Shown one piece after another: positions 47,884 to 60,700 of a stretch of 64,000 nt of DNA (its first letter is position 1; every line of letters starts with the position of its first letter). The stretch spans positions 4,960,714 to 5,024,713 of the forward strand of contig MU053379.1 in NCBI GenBank assembly GCA_013239625.1. Direction: 5' to 3'. The notes below the pieces were generated by a model that saw nothing but the letters and a program-made list of their open reading frames with translations, did no database searches and was not told the origin of the DNA. This stretch comes from Lama guanicoe (taxonomy: Eukaryota). A program made the position numbers and the translations under genes.

Positions 47884-50530
47884 GCACATCTTGGCCCCTC
47901 CCCGCCCCACCCCATGCCCTCACCCCTTTCTCCTGAGAGCCTGCCCTCAGCAAACCGTGGGTTCAAATCCAGAAGCCCACGATTCCCAGGACACGCACCC
48001 AGGCCGAACGGCCCCCGAGGCAGGCCTCAGCGCTCCTGCGGGTTTGTGGCTGCAGCGAGGACTGCGCGACGCAGGGGCGGCCCCCGCTGCTCTTCAACTG
48101 CACCTCAGCAAACCTGCCCTTGGGGAAAAGGTGAGCCGCCATGGGAAACTGCCACAGCAAGGAGAAAAGGTGTCTGTTTGCAACACGTGGACCAAGGAAA
48201 TGCTTCAGAACGGCTGAGGGAAGCTTGGCAAAGGACCCGCTTCTGCACCAAAAAGACCCCCCTGGTCTTCCTGGTGGGCAGCATCTCGGTGGGGCGGGCA
48301 CGAGGGGTGGGGCAGGCTCTGGGAATCCCTGTCGAATCAGGGCTGAGGGTTCTGTCCTGCCTCCCTTTCAAAAGAGCGCTGCTCAAAGCTTGAAAGGCCA
48401 GCGTGTGATTATTTGGGGTCTGGCTTGGTTTTACTCCTGTTTGTTTTAATTTTCACTTTGCAGCCGCGTGTTAATAGAAAGTCTGCCTTGCTGAAGGATT
48501 TGCCTGGATTTCTGTAATAAAGTAGAGGGATTTGCCACAAACGCTAGAAGCACCCTCTGCAAACGCGGTGTTTTTCAAGTGATTATGAGGCCCGGAACAT
48601 ATTGTCGAGCGGCCGCGCGCCTGCCCTCCCTGACGAGCAGTGCTGACAGATGTCCCCGTAGGTGATTAAACGCCATGCAGAGGCCCCGCCCCCACCCGCA
48701 ACCTGTACCCTGCTCCCTGAGGCCATGTCACTGCTTGTCAAGAAACCCGCATTCCCACAAGCTGTTGTCCAAGGAACCCACATGCCCTTCCCTGTCCCGT
48801 ACTCAGCCTGGCCCTGGGACACCTTGCAGAGCACAGAGGACACTTGGGGACAAGCCACCATGGACACATCAGGGGAGAGTGGCCACGGGCGAGAAGAGCC
48901 ACGAGGGAAAGCTCTCGAAGACAGTGACCAGTCCTCCTGGGAAGCTGTCCTGGGGAAGTGACTGAAGACGCTCAGCATCATTAACCACGGGGAGAAGGCA
49001 AGTCAAAACCACAGTGAGACATCGCCTAACACCTGCTGGGATGGCGTTTATCAAAAAGACAGAGATACAAACGTGGCGGGGACTGGAGACCGCACAGCCC
49101 AGCGTGCGCAGGAGGAAGCCCAGGCTACAAGGGGGCAAGTCTGTAGGGGAACAAGTAGCCTTCCAAGGAGCAGCCCCTTTCACCACAAAACCCTCCTCCC
49201 CTGCCGTCCAGAAGCCGGGGCTTTTTTCGGGAGAAACTGACCCAGAAAGGCTGCTGAGGCGAAGACGCGGAGCCCGGTGCAGGGCAGCGCTGAGGCACCA
49301 GACAGGAAGTGGCGATGGCGAGAAAAGGTCCTGAGACCGCCCAGGCACGGGGCACCAGGAGAGACGAGAGACGTGTGTCTTTGAAACTGGAACAGGCAGG
49401 CTTTTTAAAAACGAAACAGAAAGTAAGCATGACCACCAGGAGATGGAAAATGTGACAACCAAAACAAGAGCAATTCAGTAGCAGGAGTTTAAGATAAGGT
49501 TAAAGACATCGCTCAGAAAGCAAGTTCATGGAGATGAGCGATGAGAGAAAGAAAGGTAAGAACGTGAGCGAGTCACTGCAGGGACCCAGCCCCTGGCCGA
49601 TGAGCGCCCTATGAGGGGGTGTAGGGAGCACGGAACGAGTTGTCCTAGCTATCCATCAGGGCACACGGGAACGTGTCCCAGAAGAGACGAACTTCTCCCA
49701 TCTAAAGCTCCACCAGACACCCAGAAATAGGAATGACCAAAGGCCATGGAGAAATTACAGGGTACCAGAGGCAAAGAAAAGATCCCAAAAAACTTCTAGA
49801 GAGAAAAAAACCAAGTCAAATGCCAAGGGCGAGGAATTGGAAAGGACTTCCTGACACCACATTGGAAGGCGTGGGGCCTTGCTTTCACAACTCTGAGGGA
49901 AAGTTATTTTCAGTCTAGAATTTTATCTCCAACTAAACTTTCAGTCAATTGTGAAGTGATGTGTAATGTGAAAATAAGCGTGTTTTCAGACCTACAAGAC
50001 CTCAAAAATGATCTTGAATCATCTTCTCAGAGGAAGCCACTAGAAGGAGTGTTCCACGAAATATGGGGCCCAGGGGACAGGGGTCCCACGAGAGGGAAAC
50101 TGAAGGAACTCCTGGGATTTGAAAGAGAAGCCCCAAGATGATATCTGAGCAGAGCCCGGGCTGCGGAGAGACTGGAGGGTTTCAGGAGCTATGTGTGTAG
50201 TGAAAATAGATGACCAGATCAGAAAGATTATCTGATGTGCTTGGCAGCATAAAAACAATTGTAATAGTAGACTGTGGGAGGGTAGAGAACAATTAGTGAG
50301 AGTCTCATAAAACAAAGCGAATGATAAAAGAGGCAATAACTAACTCCAGGAAAACAAAAAGTTCTACAAGACATGAAATGTAATTATGGTACACTATATA
50401 GTCCTAATAATGCGAACATTATCGGCTTAACAAAAATTATAAGGAGGATGTGAGAAAAAGAAGAAAAGATAATAAAGTCCTCACACAGCACAATTTCTAA
50501 AATGATCCAATCAAGAAGTGGCTGTATTGA

Positions 50531-50658
50531 GGGGAAGGGTATAGCTCAAGTGGTAGAGCACATGCTCAGAACACGTGAGGTCCCAGGTTCAATCCCCAGT
50601 ACCAAGCGGAATATCCAAGCGGAAATCAATGGAGAAATGTAATTATCTCCCCCTCAGA
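50531..50658 (+). mobile_element. tRNA-Ala-derived SINE (Vic-1-like), copy 1 of a tandem pair
   Basis: ggggaagggtatagctcaagtggtagagca...ggttcaatccccagtacc contains A and B boxes. Confidence 0.9.
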
Positions 50659-50673
50659 AAGAAATGGCTGTAT

Positions 50674-50809
50674 GGGGGGGAGGATATAGCTTAGTGCTAG
50701 AACACGCGCTTAGCATGCACGAGGTCCTGGGTTCAATCCCCAGCACCTCCATTTAAAAACTAAATGAACTTAATTTCCCCCCAAAATCAAAATTTTTTAA
50801 ATTAAAAGA
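50674..50809 (+). mobile_element. tRNA-Ala-derived SINE (Vic-1-like), copy 2 of a tandem pair
   Basis: ggggaggatatagcttagtgctagaacacgcgcttagcatgcacgaggtcctgggttcaatccccagcacctcca closely matches tRNA-Ala(AGC). Confidence 0.92.
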
Positions 50810-50914
50810 AAGAAGTGTTTGCATAAAAGCATGGTATTAAGGAGATAAATTTTCCTAGAAAGAGCTGAAAGGATTGAAAGTGGTTGCCTCTGAACAGCGG
50901 GAAGTTGTGAGGTG

Positions 50915-51335
50915 TCTCAATTCTCCAAAGCAGACCCGAGACAAGTAGTTTATTGGGTAGGCAGTCCCAGGAAACACTAGTAGACAAAGCAGGGAGTGGG
51001 ACAGGGAGCAGAGGGGAGCTGGAACCAGATGAGCTAGTCATCACGCTGCTGCTCTAGGTGCCTGGTGCTCAGTCTTGCTGGGAATCCAAGAGACCATGGA
51101 GAACACACCACAGAGCTGTCACTGCTCATCCCTCACTGGCCCCTGGAGGCACTAACTCCCTGGACTTTGTGCTGCTCACATGAGCAGCAAGCACTCCCAC
51201 AGCCAGGTAACACTCTCGGGCAGAAAGACGCAGGTCAAGGTACAGAGTCATCAGTGTGTGTGGGAACCACCCACCAGGACTTCCAACGACATCTGAGTGG
51301 GCAAAGCACCAAACATGTTTGCACACGGCCCAAGG
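50915..51335 (-). mobile_element. Old ERVL LTR (LTR33/LTR16-like) fragment
   Basis: aagcagacccgagacaagtagtttattgggtaggcagtcccaggaaacactagtag...gacagggag. Confidence 0.55.
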
Positions 51336-51389
51336 AACTATCACACTTTACAAGTTACTATAGTCTCTGGGTTTGAAACTACATTGAAG

Positions 51390-51715
51390 GTTCTCTAAAG
51401 TGACCTCTAATCAACCAACAGATACCCGCTGCTCCCTCTGCAAGTGTGACACTCAACGCGCTCTCAGTGCTCAAGGCTACTCTCAGAAATGACTCCCACT
51501 CCCATTCCCGCTCGTCAGGAAGTCTGCTTACCAGCGGTCCCCCATCTCAGTTCAGTAATTTGTAGACCCGTGAAATAGGAATAATATGTAAGTCAATGAG
51601 ACACCAATGCAAAAAGAGAGTTGCACTGCAATTAGACACAGGCAAGACACCTGTGAAAGATTAGGGGGAAACTGTAAAAGTTTGGAAGAGCTATCTCGGC
51701 TTCTGCTTCTGGCAG
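51390..51715 (+). mobile_element. Possible TcMar-Tigger transposase N-terminal fossil
   Basis: ttagacacaggcaagacacctgtgaaagattag (LDTGKTPVKD*) resembles the Tigger HTH motif LGVGETTVKDW. Confidence 0.4.
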
Positions 51716-54700
51716 TATGATAGTATTCTGCAAAACAGTCGATTTTCTGCTTAATCTGGATAGAAAAGGAAAAAGAAGTCTCTCCTGATAATTCAACATT
51801 CAGATCCGGTATTAATTAATACACTGCCCCAGCCATGAGGGTATCCTGGCCAAGCCCAAGAGATTAAAATAAAATAATTAGAGTTAAATTAAATTAAAGC
51901 ATATCTAGGTTGGCTGCACTCTCTGGTACCTAATCATCTGGGTACCACATGGTAAACACAGTTGTAAATACTACTGAAAAATGACAATCATCTCCTGAGA
52001 AAAATATTCTTAATCTAGTTTCCTGAGAATGATCACAGATCAAATTCAGCTAATGACACAACACAAAAAGTCATCAGTCAGCAGGGAAAGTGGGCATCAG
52101 ACGCAGGCACCCCCAGCAAGACCTCAAGCACTGAAATTATCGATTACAGGCTATGGGATTGTTATGCACAGAAACTTTCAAGATGTAAACAATGATTTTT
52201 TTAAATGAGTGAGGTTGAAAGTACTATCAAAACTGATCAAGTTTTTTAAGTGAACATAATTTAAAAGTAGAACTTCTAGAACAAATGTTTAATCACTAAT
52301 CACAAAAGGAATCATCTCATTGCTGAGCGGAAAAGGGAACTAGAGAAAAGGAAGACAAAGCTGAGAAACTCGTTCCAATCTCACCGAACATGGTGGCGGT
52401 TTGCTTGTTTCTGAGATTGTCACAAAAACAAGTTTGATTCAAAACAAATAAACTTAAACCAATTTTTTAATTAAACTGATAGACAGACAGACAGATGGAT
52501 CAGTTGCATAGGGACCGGGCAAGTGGTATAAATGGGAATGTGGAGAGTATGAGAATGACCCTGGGGCCTTCCCAATCTACCACCTTTTCAAACCCCCTTT
52601 TGTGAGTGACAGGAGTGCAATGAATGTTCCTCCCTCGTGCACAGATAGCAGCACCCACAGCCTCAGTGCTGGGGAGCAGTAGGGAGTGGTGGGGACTGGG
52701 TGAACGGGATTATGTGTGCCTCTTCCAGGGTGGCTGCGGCTGCACCTCTCAGCTAGCCAGCCCATCAGCCATGTGAGAACAAGGGCCTGGAATCTGTGGA
52801 TCTTCTGATCTCTCAGTAAAATGCATAAATCCAGATTTTCATGTAAAATCTACTCATTTTTCAATGTAGTGCAAAGGTTTGTTTTAAGCATCTCTGAGCC
52901 AAACAAAACATTCCTGGAAACCGCACGAGGTGAAGGACTGCCTCTGGTACTAGGACAGTGCGTCCGGGTTGAGTCACTGTGCCCTGCGCCCCCCGGACAC
53001 ACGCACTTCTCCATGGAAGCCACGCGAAGCCCTGCGGTTTCTCCGTCGTGTCTGCTGAGCTCGGAACAGAGAACCCTGTGCTGCGTACTCGGATGAATTT
53101 AATGTGCATGCATTACACCTCGGTAAGCTGCTATGTTTTAAAAGGCCAAATATGCTCAAATCTAACCCAAAGCCTGAGGTGCTCGGGTGCCTCCCGCCAA
53201 CCTGGGTCAGGAGGCGCCTGCGGCTCCACCCTTCCGGCTTCTGTGCCTGTGCCGCAGGGGAGGAATACTGAGGTTCCCTTAATTCATTGTCCCTTAATGT
53301 TGAATGCTCATTAATTACTGATTTCTTCCAGATAATACTTGTTAAAGAAGAATTAATACTATTGTTTTAGGACAAATGCTGCCCAAATACTGTCTTTAGT
53401 GGGGTTGTAATCAGCTTTACCCACTTTCCATCTAATCTGATTGAAGCAGATTTCGCACAAAGTCTTTTTTCCTTAATTTTGTTGCTATTAAAAGATCACT
53501 ATTTAGGTCTGCCTCAAACTCCAAGTTCCTGAGATGAATTTAAAATCATAAGTTCATAAGTGACCTAAGCAAAGGGAGAGGTGGGGAGGGAGGGAGGGGT
53601 TCTGACGTATGGTGGGATTTGGGGGAAATGTTGGTCCCGCATTACTGAATATATTTTAGCCTCTTTTTCCCAGCTCTGTGTTTTAAGTCTGTTCATCATA
53701 ATGCCTTTGGACTCTCTGCACTTACTCCATCATAATTATCCTTTAATACTCTTATAAATGAACTTTTAGCTTATCTTCCATTAATTCTCCAGAACAAGCC
53801 CAGCCATCCAAGTAAAGTGTTTAACCCTTTGTGGCCGGTGTTCCCTTTCACGGAGGCAAGGAGGAAGTTCCTAGACTGGTTTCATGGGACGCTTGGCTCC
53901 AGCCAGATCCTGCAGGGGTTCTGGAGCCTGAGAGCAATGCAGGGACCTACTGAGACAGGAGGCAGGGGTTTTGCACCTTGAGGTCCTCACCCCAGCCAGC
54001 AAGGCTCCAGCCCCCACAGCAGCCAGGGAGGACACGCCCTCTGACCGGAAGAGGAGGCCCGGGGGGGTCTGGGCAGGGCACCGAAAACATGGGCTACGAT
54101 CGCCTGAAGGTTAGGGGGTCAGCCAGAGCTTCTCATCAGCTGTCAGTCTCTAACTCCATTGTGCTGCGATCAGCAAGCACGATCCACACCATGGTTTACA
54201 TTTTTCAATTTTATTGACAGTTTCTTTATGGCTTAGCACCGTCCCAGCCCCTGTGATCATGCTACGTGTGGTTGAAGATAATGCATGTTCTCTGACGGGT
54301 GCAAAGGCCGACCGTCCGTTACAGGAGACTGGTCGTCTGTGTTAGTCGAGGGCTCTGCTTCTTCATCTTATGTTTCTCAATCTTTACCTTCTTGATCTCT
54401 GTCCATTTTTAGAGATGTCTGTTCAAAACCTCAGAAGTGATGGGGGATTTTTGAATTTCCCTTTGTGCTTCTGCTGGGGTTTGTCTTCTCTGTGAAAGTC
54501 ACAGGCTTTGCTCACCGCCAGCCGTGTGTCGGGCCCAGCGGTGGGGCCTTTCCACGTGTCACCGCCTCACCTCACCCTCGCGGCAGCCAGGGGAAGCACT
54601 GCTCCCTGGCTCTGCGGCTGAGACGCCGGGGCCCAGAGGGGCACGTGGCCTGTCGCCTCTGCTTCCACCGCGCGCCGCCCTGTCCTACGTACGCTCGGGG

Positions 54701-54979
54701 AAGCCGCCAGTTTCTGCGGCCTGCTGCCCCCTTATCCAGGGGAGTTTTTAGACTTATTGAAAGAGTTCTTTTAGACTTACATATAAATCACTTTTATCAT
54801 ATATTTCTCCTAAATATATTAAAAAGGAAAACATAAGTGAAACCGTTAAGGTCCCCCTAAGACTTTCCCTCCAGAACCTGATGCTTCTGGTTTGCGTTTC
54901 GAGTCATAGCCACCGCTGCCCGTGTTTCCACACATCTCACCCCCGCTCCCTAGGGAGCGCTGGCGACACAGGAGTGCTT

Positions 54980-55860
54980 TTTTTAAGTTTTTTTTGTAAA
55001 TTGAAGTAGAGTCAGTTTACAATGCTGTGTCAGTTTCTGGTGCACAGCATCATGGTCCAGTCATACATGAACAGATGTATGTTCCTTTCCGTGTTCTTTC
55101 TCATTATTGGTCACTACAAGGCATTGAACTTAGTTCTCTGTGCTCTGCAGTAGGACCTCGCTGTTTATCTGTTTTATATGTAGCAGTTAGCATCTGCTAA
55201 CCCTGAGCTCCCAGTTCATCACTCCCACCTGCTTCCTGCCCTGGTCACCGTGACTTTGTCCTCTATGTCTGTGGGTCTGTTTGGCACAGAATTCTTTAAA
55301 AGTGCTTTGCCGCCGTCTCCGGGGTTTCCTCCCGGGCGCTCCCGTCCGGTCACATCCCTGCTGCTGCTTTGTTAAAAAAATACGATTCTATTTAAAAAAA
55401 AATTTTTATTGAAGTGTAGTTGATTTATATGAGTTTCAGATGTACAGCAAAGTGATTCAGTTAGACATATACATACATAAATGTATATATTTTCTTTTCA
55501 GATTCTTTTCCATTATATGTTATCACAGGAAATTGAATCTAGTTCCCTATGCTGTACAGTAGGTCCTTGTTGTTTATCCATTTTATATAAAGTAATGTGT
55601 ATCTGTTAATCCCCAACCTCTAATTTATCCCTCCCCACTCTTTCCCCTTTGGTAACCATAGTTTGTTTTCAATGTCTATGAGTCTGTTTTTGGTTTGTAC
55701 ATAAAATTTGTATCATTTTTTTAGATTCCACATATATGTGATATCGTATGATATTTGTCTTTGTCTGACTTAATTCACTTAGTATGATCATCTCTAGGGC
55801 CATTCATGTTGCTGCAAACGGCATTATTCCATTCTTCTTATGGCTGAGTAATATTCCCAT
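54980..55860 (-). mobile_element. Two antisense L1 3'-end fragments (about 54980-55280 and 55400-55860)
   Basis: Two ttgaagt(a/g)tag...tttac termini, plus ttagattccacatat...ttcacttagtatgatcatctctagg...ttatggctgagtaatattcc. Confidence 0.88.
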
Positions 55861-55861
55861 G

Positions 55862-55951
55862 AGTGTGTGTGTCTGTGGGTCTGTGTGTGTGTGTGTGTGT
55901 GTGTGGGTCTGTGTGGGTGAGTCTGTGTGTGTGTGTGTCTGTGTGTGTGTA
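55862..55951. repeat. Interrupted (TG)n microsatellite
   Basis: Directly visible, at the end of the L1 fragment. Confidence 0.93.
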
Positions 55952-58899
55952 TATACCACCAATGCTGCTGCTTTGATGTTACCACAAAGTGCCAACAGAA
56001 GGCCTTCAGACCACAGCCTTCCCCAGAAGGCCCTTACCTGGGTTGCTGAGAATGCCAGGGGTTGCAGGCGTCTGTCTGATGGTCAGGAGTGATGAGCCAG
56101 TTCACCTGTGTACAGAGGAAGACACTGTGACTTTGGCACGTCCTAATTTTGTAGCTGTTACAGGTGAGGAAGCGTGTGTCTCAGGCGTGTGTCTGAAGAC
56201 TAGGTAGGTAGTTACGTACATGAAGTTCTGTGATGAAGCCTCTGGGTGGCTTCCTCATATGGCAACATGAAACGCCTTTCACTGCTTTCCACCTTAAACT
56301 CTAAGGAGACATTGTTTTTGAGAAATGCACCAAGGTTTTGTCTCAGTTTTGGTGTTCAGCCTGAACCTGCAGCCTGTACCTGGACCTGGCCCAGGAGCCG
56401 GGACGGGGCGTGCAGGGCCCTCAGAGAGCACCCCCCGGGGGTTCCATGCCCTCCTGCTTTTCTCCGGACGTCACGGCGAACCGCACACTCCATCGGCGCC
56501 TGCACAGTGAATGGGACTGGAGGGATGTTCATGGAAGGAGAGGTCAGCCGAGGAAAGTGCCATTTATTGCCTCAGACCCAGGACAGGGGTGGCAGAGTGT
56601 CTGGGCGCGCAGGGACACGCACAGTTTTGCTGTCACTCTTCGGTGTGGGTCGAGGGGCAGATGCGCTGCAGACGTCGAGCCGCCGTCCTGGCAGGAGGGC
56701 AAAGCTCTCACAGCTCACCAGCCACGGCCCGCGCTGCAGCATCCACGCCTGGGAAGGAGGGGACAATGCAAGACTGTCGCCGGACTGGGAGCCTCTCTGC
56801 GGAAGACTCACCCGCGGCCAGTCAGGGCAGAAGCTGCATCTGTCTCCCCGTGTCCCACCCCCACCCCCAGCGGCCAGTGAAAGGAGGCCAGAGCAGCGGC
56901 AGGAGACCCACCTGGTGCGGGAGGTGCCCAGGTGCCTGGGATTGTCGCGGCGCCGCACGGAGAGACAGCCTCGCGGAGCTGGGGCAGGGCGGCCGGGCTG
57001 GGCTCACAGAACCGGCCACCACTTGATGGAAGAGCAGGCGGAGGCCTGTGTGTTCAGTGCTTCCCAAACCGCTTGGACTTGGGCCTTCTCTTCCAAGTCA
57101 TTTGAGAGCCACGCTGCAAATACACACCCAGACCCTCCCCAGAGCAGAAGGGGTGTTCACCCTCAGTGACCGCAAGTGATGAAGACGCCACAGCAGCATT
57201 CAGGGGTAAATACTTCGAGTACTTACCAGCCCCCGGCTTGGAAACCCTTCGCGTGCACTGCCCCAGCCTGATTCCCTGGCCTCAAACAGAGAAAGCATCT
57301 CTGCCTCAAAGACAGTACAGCGGGAAGGTCAGCCAGCAAGCAACACACAGCTGTGCTCTCAAAAAGCTGAAGAGTCACAACCATATTTTCAAAGTAAAGT
57401 ATAACATTCATACTTTAAGGCCTCGATTTCTCAAATCGTTTAGGGGACACTCTGGTGGCCAATGGTGAGAGCCTTTCACCAAGTGACACTTGCCTGGGAA
57501 ATCAAAGTCCCCGAGTGACTGGGCCAGGAAGCCTTGCCAATATGGTGTCAGTAACGTTGACTGCCTCGCTCTCAAGCTTTTCCTCTTTGGAATTATTTTC
57601 CCTGTGGAAAATAAAATCCTGCGGCACCCTTTCCTGTGCCTTTAAGGCAAAGGGAGTTGTCCCGTCAAGCCGGCTGCAGGGGCCCCTGCATGGCGTGTCA
57701 CACTGCACACTGCAACTTTAAGAAGATTTGTAATAGGAAAAGGAATCTTCCTAAAAGCATTTTCTGATCATTGTTACAGAATTCAATCCTCTCTTTTAGC
57801 TTAGAGACAAATGAGGTCCTGATGACAGGAGCAGAGCACCTTGAGAATTTCACATTAACTCCCCTGGCGACATAATCCTCTGCCAACGCATGGAGCATGT
57901 GACACACTGCTGTGACGCCTACGGGTTAATGTCAGGGAACAAAACCACAATCTGATTTGATTTCTTTTTGAGGGAGGAGAACCCGAAACCACAGAATGCA
58001 GCTGCATAATCATCAGACACAAAATAAGCTGTTCATCCGATTTCACATACACTCTCAATTGCATTTCACTTTTGAAATGACTACAAATTACTTTCTGAAA
58101 TGATTCACTTTTCTGATTATAAAAAGTCCGTTGCAGGAAACAGGGGAAACAAGGTAGTAACAATTGTCCTAAACCCGCAACCCACAACTAAGCCCTGTTA
58201 ATGTGTTGGTGTCTTTTGTGTGTACTTAACTTTACAGCTCAGCATCACTCCTGATACAGTTCATTGCGCTGATTTATTTTTTCAGTTCACATCTTTTATG
58301 TGCAGTTTTAACTGTCATCGAAATAACTTCAAAATCTGGAAGAACACATCACGATGGTAACAGTGACAACCTCTGGGTGGTAGGAATATGTTTTTATCTT
58401 CTTATTTTATGTATTTTTAATCTAACTTTTCTAAGTTTCTACAATGCACATTTATTATTATGAAGAGACAATTTAAGTTCAAAAATATTTTTTCCTTGGC
58501 TGTGTAATATCTGTTCATGGATACACTCTGCTTTACTGCATCATCACCAAAACTGTGGACAAATGGTCTTTCCAAGGCCCTGGGAGGGGCCCTAGCAATG
58601 AGATCATGTGGTTACATTTTATAAAATCTCCAAACTGTCATAACCACAGGCACCTGGGATGCTGCCATGTGCCCGCCTTGCTTCCCTGCCTGTGGAGCTG
58701 CCCCAGGAGGTTGGAGGTACCTGGGGGGTTGGGTTTAGGATGAGGTCGCCTCTGGCTGCAGCTCAGTTACTGCAGCCGTCCAGTGTGGGGACAGTCTCAG
58801 AGATGCTCCTATGTCATCAATCCACCAGGATCTCAGAATCTTTGAATCTTTCTGAGTCCTTCACAAAATTAATATGGCACTCAGAGAGCAAAACCAAAC

Positions 58900-59278
58900 T
58901 CCATGGACGTGGCTGGACCTGGAGCGTGTTGTGCTAGTGTAGTAAGTCTGAGAAAGACAGATACTGTCTGATCTAACTTGTATGTGGAACCTGAAATCAA
59001 GCAAAACAAATGAACCAATTGAACAAAACAGAAATGGCTGCACAGGTTCAGAGAACAAACCAGCGGCCCTGAGAGGGGAGAGGAGTGGGGGGTGAAGAAA
59101 GGGGCAGACTCCCAGTTATGAAACCAATCCGTCACGGGGCGTGTGTGCAGCATAGGGGACAGAGACAACATTTTGTGATAACTTTGTATGGTGGGAAATC
59201 TACAAAGATATGAAATCACTGTGTTGTGCACCTGAAACTAATACAATATAGTAAGTCAATTCAACTTCAGGAAAAAAA
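58900..59278 (+). mobile_element. L1 3'-end fragment
   Basis: ggacctggag...agaaagacagatactgt...tgtgttgtgcacctgaaactaatacaatatagtaagtcaatt followed by an A tail. Confidence 0.85.
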
Positions 59279-59313
59279 TGGACAAACTTACAACAAAACT
59301 AGATGGTGGTGCT

Positions 59314-59450
59314 GGGAGGGAATAGCTCAGTGGTAGAGTATGTGCTTAGCACAAAGTCTCCATTCAACCCCCAGAGCCTCCATTAAATAAATAAATAAAT
59401 AAATAAAAACCCACTTGCCTCCTCACCGGAAAACAATTTTTTAATTAAAA
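59314..59450 (+). mobile_element. tRNA-Ala-derived SINE (Vic-1-like) with (TAAA)n tail
   Basis: gggagggaatagctcagtggtagagtatgtgcttagca. 15-bp TSD aaaactagatggtgg at 59295-59309 and 59451-59465. Confidence 0.9.
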
Positions 59451-59479
59451 AAAACTAGATGGTGGAGCATCCCCTCCCA

Positions 59480-60065
59480 GGCCCCCAAATCCAGAGAGAA
59501 TTCAAAATGAGGAAAATTGCCAAAGAAATGAAGGCTGAACTGCAAGGAACATTAGAGCAAATAATGCAACAGTTTATGCCTTAAGAGAAACAGGAGGACT
59601 TTTTAAATATCATAAGGAAATCAAAAAAGAATAAAAGGATTTTTCTAAAAGTTACAAGTAGGCCAAAAGGATTCCCCGTATGCTAATAGGAACTCCTGAA
59701 GCAAGTAACAAAAGTAAAGGAACAGAACAAAGGCTGAATGTTTCCTGAAGCATTAAAAAAGGGGGGGAGGTATTTAGAACTACAGCCTGAAAGAGCACAG
59801 AGTACACGTGAGAAAATCAACCAGGATGCCCACCACCAAGACCTCGCCTAGTATGAAGTTACTGAACTCCAGAGACAAGTAAGTAATCCTTGGGCAGCTG
59901 GGCAGAAAGGGCGTGCCAGGACATAAAAGGCACAGAAGGTCGGACGCCCGTCAGTGGTGACCCCAGGGCTTATTCCAAAGGGAAACGGAGAAACCCACTT
60001 AAGATACAAAGTAAGAAAATGAAAGCCCAAGATTTTACATCCAGCAAAACTGCTTTTAAATAAAA
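59480..60065 (+). mobile_element. Decayed old L1 ORF1 fragment
   Basis: taataggaactcctgaag...tttcctgaa...tgaaagagcaca...ccaagattttacatccagcaaaactg. Confidence 0.6.
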
Positions 60066-60069
60066 GGTC

Positions 60070-60700
60070 TTCTCCTGGCGCCCCGGGAACCTTCTCGGCC
60101 CACGCCGGGTTGGGGGGTGGCCAGGCGGCAGCGGGGCTCCCTCCGCAGGGGTCAGGGGTCTGCGGGGCGGGCCGCAGCGGGCCGGGCCTGTCCGGGGAAA
60201 CGCCACGTCCACACGGGCGGGCGGCACCACTGGGCCCTGTGCGGGGCAGAGAGTCGCGCCTTCACCCCCCCACCCCCGCGCAGGCCGACCGGGGCCGCGG
60301 CCTGGGGAGTCTGACACCTGCCCCGTCCCGCGAGGGGGCGAGGGCCGCAGCCGGACGGTGCGGGAGGGGCCGCGTCTCGGGCTGCAGACGAGCCCCGCGA
60401 GACCAGGCTTCGCCTCCCGCGGAAACACAGGCTCAGGACCACGTCCCCACGCGTGCTGGCTCGCGCTGCGGGTTTTCTCAAGAAGCCCCTCCAGCAGCAG
60501 GGGCAAGAGTGCTCCAGGTGCGCGTGCGCGGACGAGCTCCGGGAGCAGGTGTGCAGACGGGGGAGGGGGCGGTATCGGGGTGCGTCGCTGGGTCCCTCTC
60601 TCTCTGTGCGGCCTTCGAGAGTGTGCCTGAGACCAGCCCCCCGGGGAGGAACGGCCTTGCGGGTCTACTCGCACAGGCACCCACACGCGCGTCCAAGGAG
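60070..60700. promoter_or_regulatory. Orphan CpG island (no coding exon recognised)
   Basis: Very dense CpGs, GC boxes, and NRF1-like tgcgcgtgcgcg at 60519-60530. Confidence 0.75.

Larger units (their letters stand above)
49400..50900 (+). mobile_element. Highly decayed old L1 (ORF1 / inter-ORF region)
   Basis: A-rich purine strand with aaagatcccaaaaacttctagagag...ctgagggaaagttattttcagtctagaattttatctcca, an L1 ORF1 C-terminal signature. Confidence 0.6.

Noticed and set aside
50531..50750. Functional tRNA-Ala genes (also at about 21850, 24820, 27950, 59320, 63890)
   Set aside because: Each has an extended G-rich head, a SINE-specific tail, stem-disrupting mutations and usually TSDs, so they are SINEs rather than tRNA genes.
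57502..58187. Minus-strand short ORFs with protein-like composition as exons of an unknown gene or pseudogene
   Set aside because: No recognisable homology and no consistent splice-site/phase chain. A tBLASTx or PhyloCSF check would settle it.
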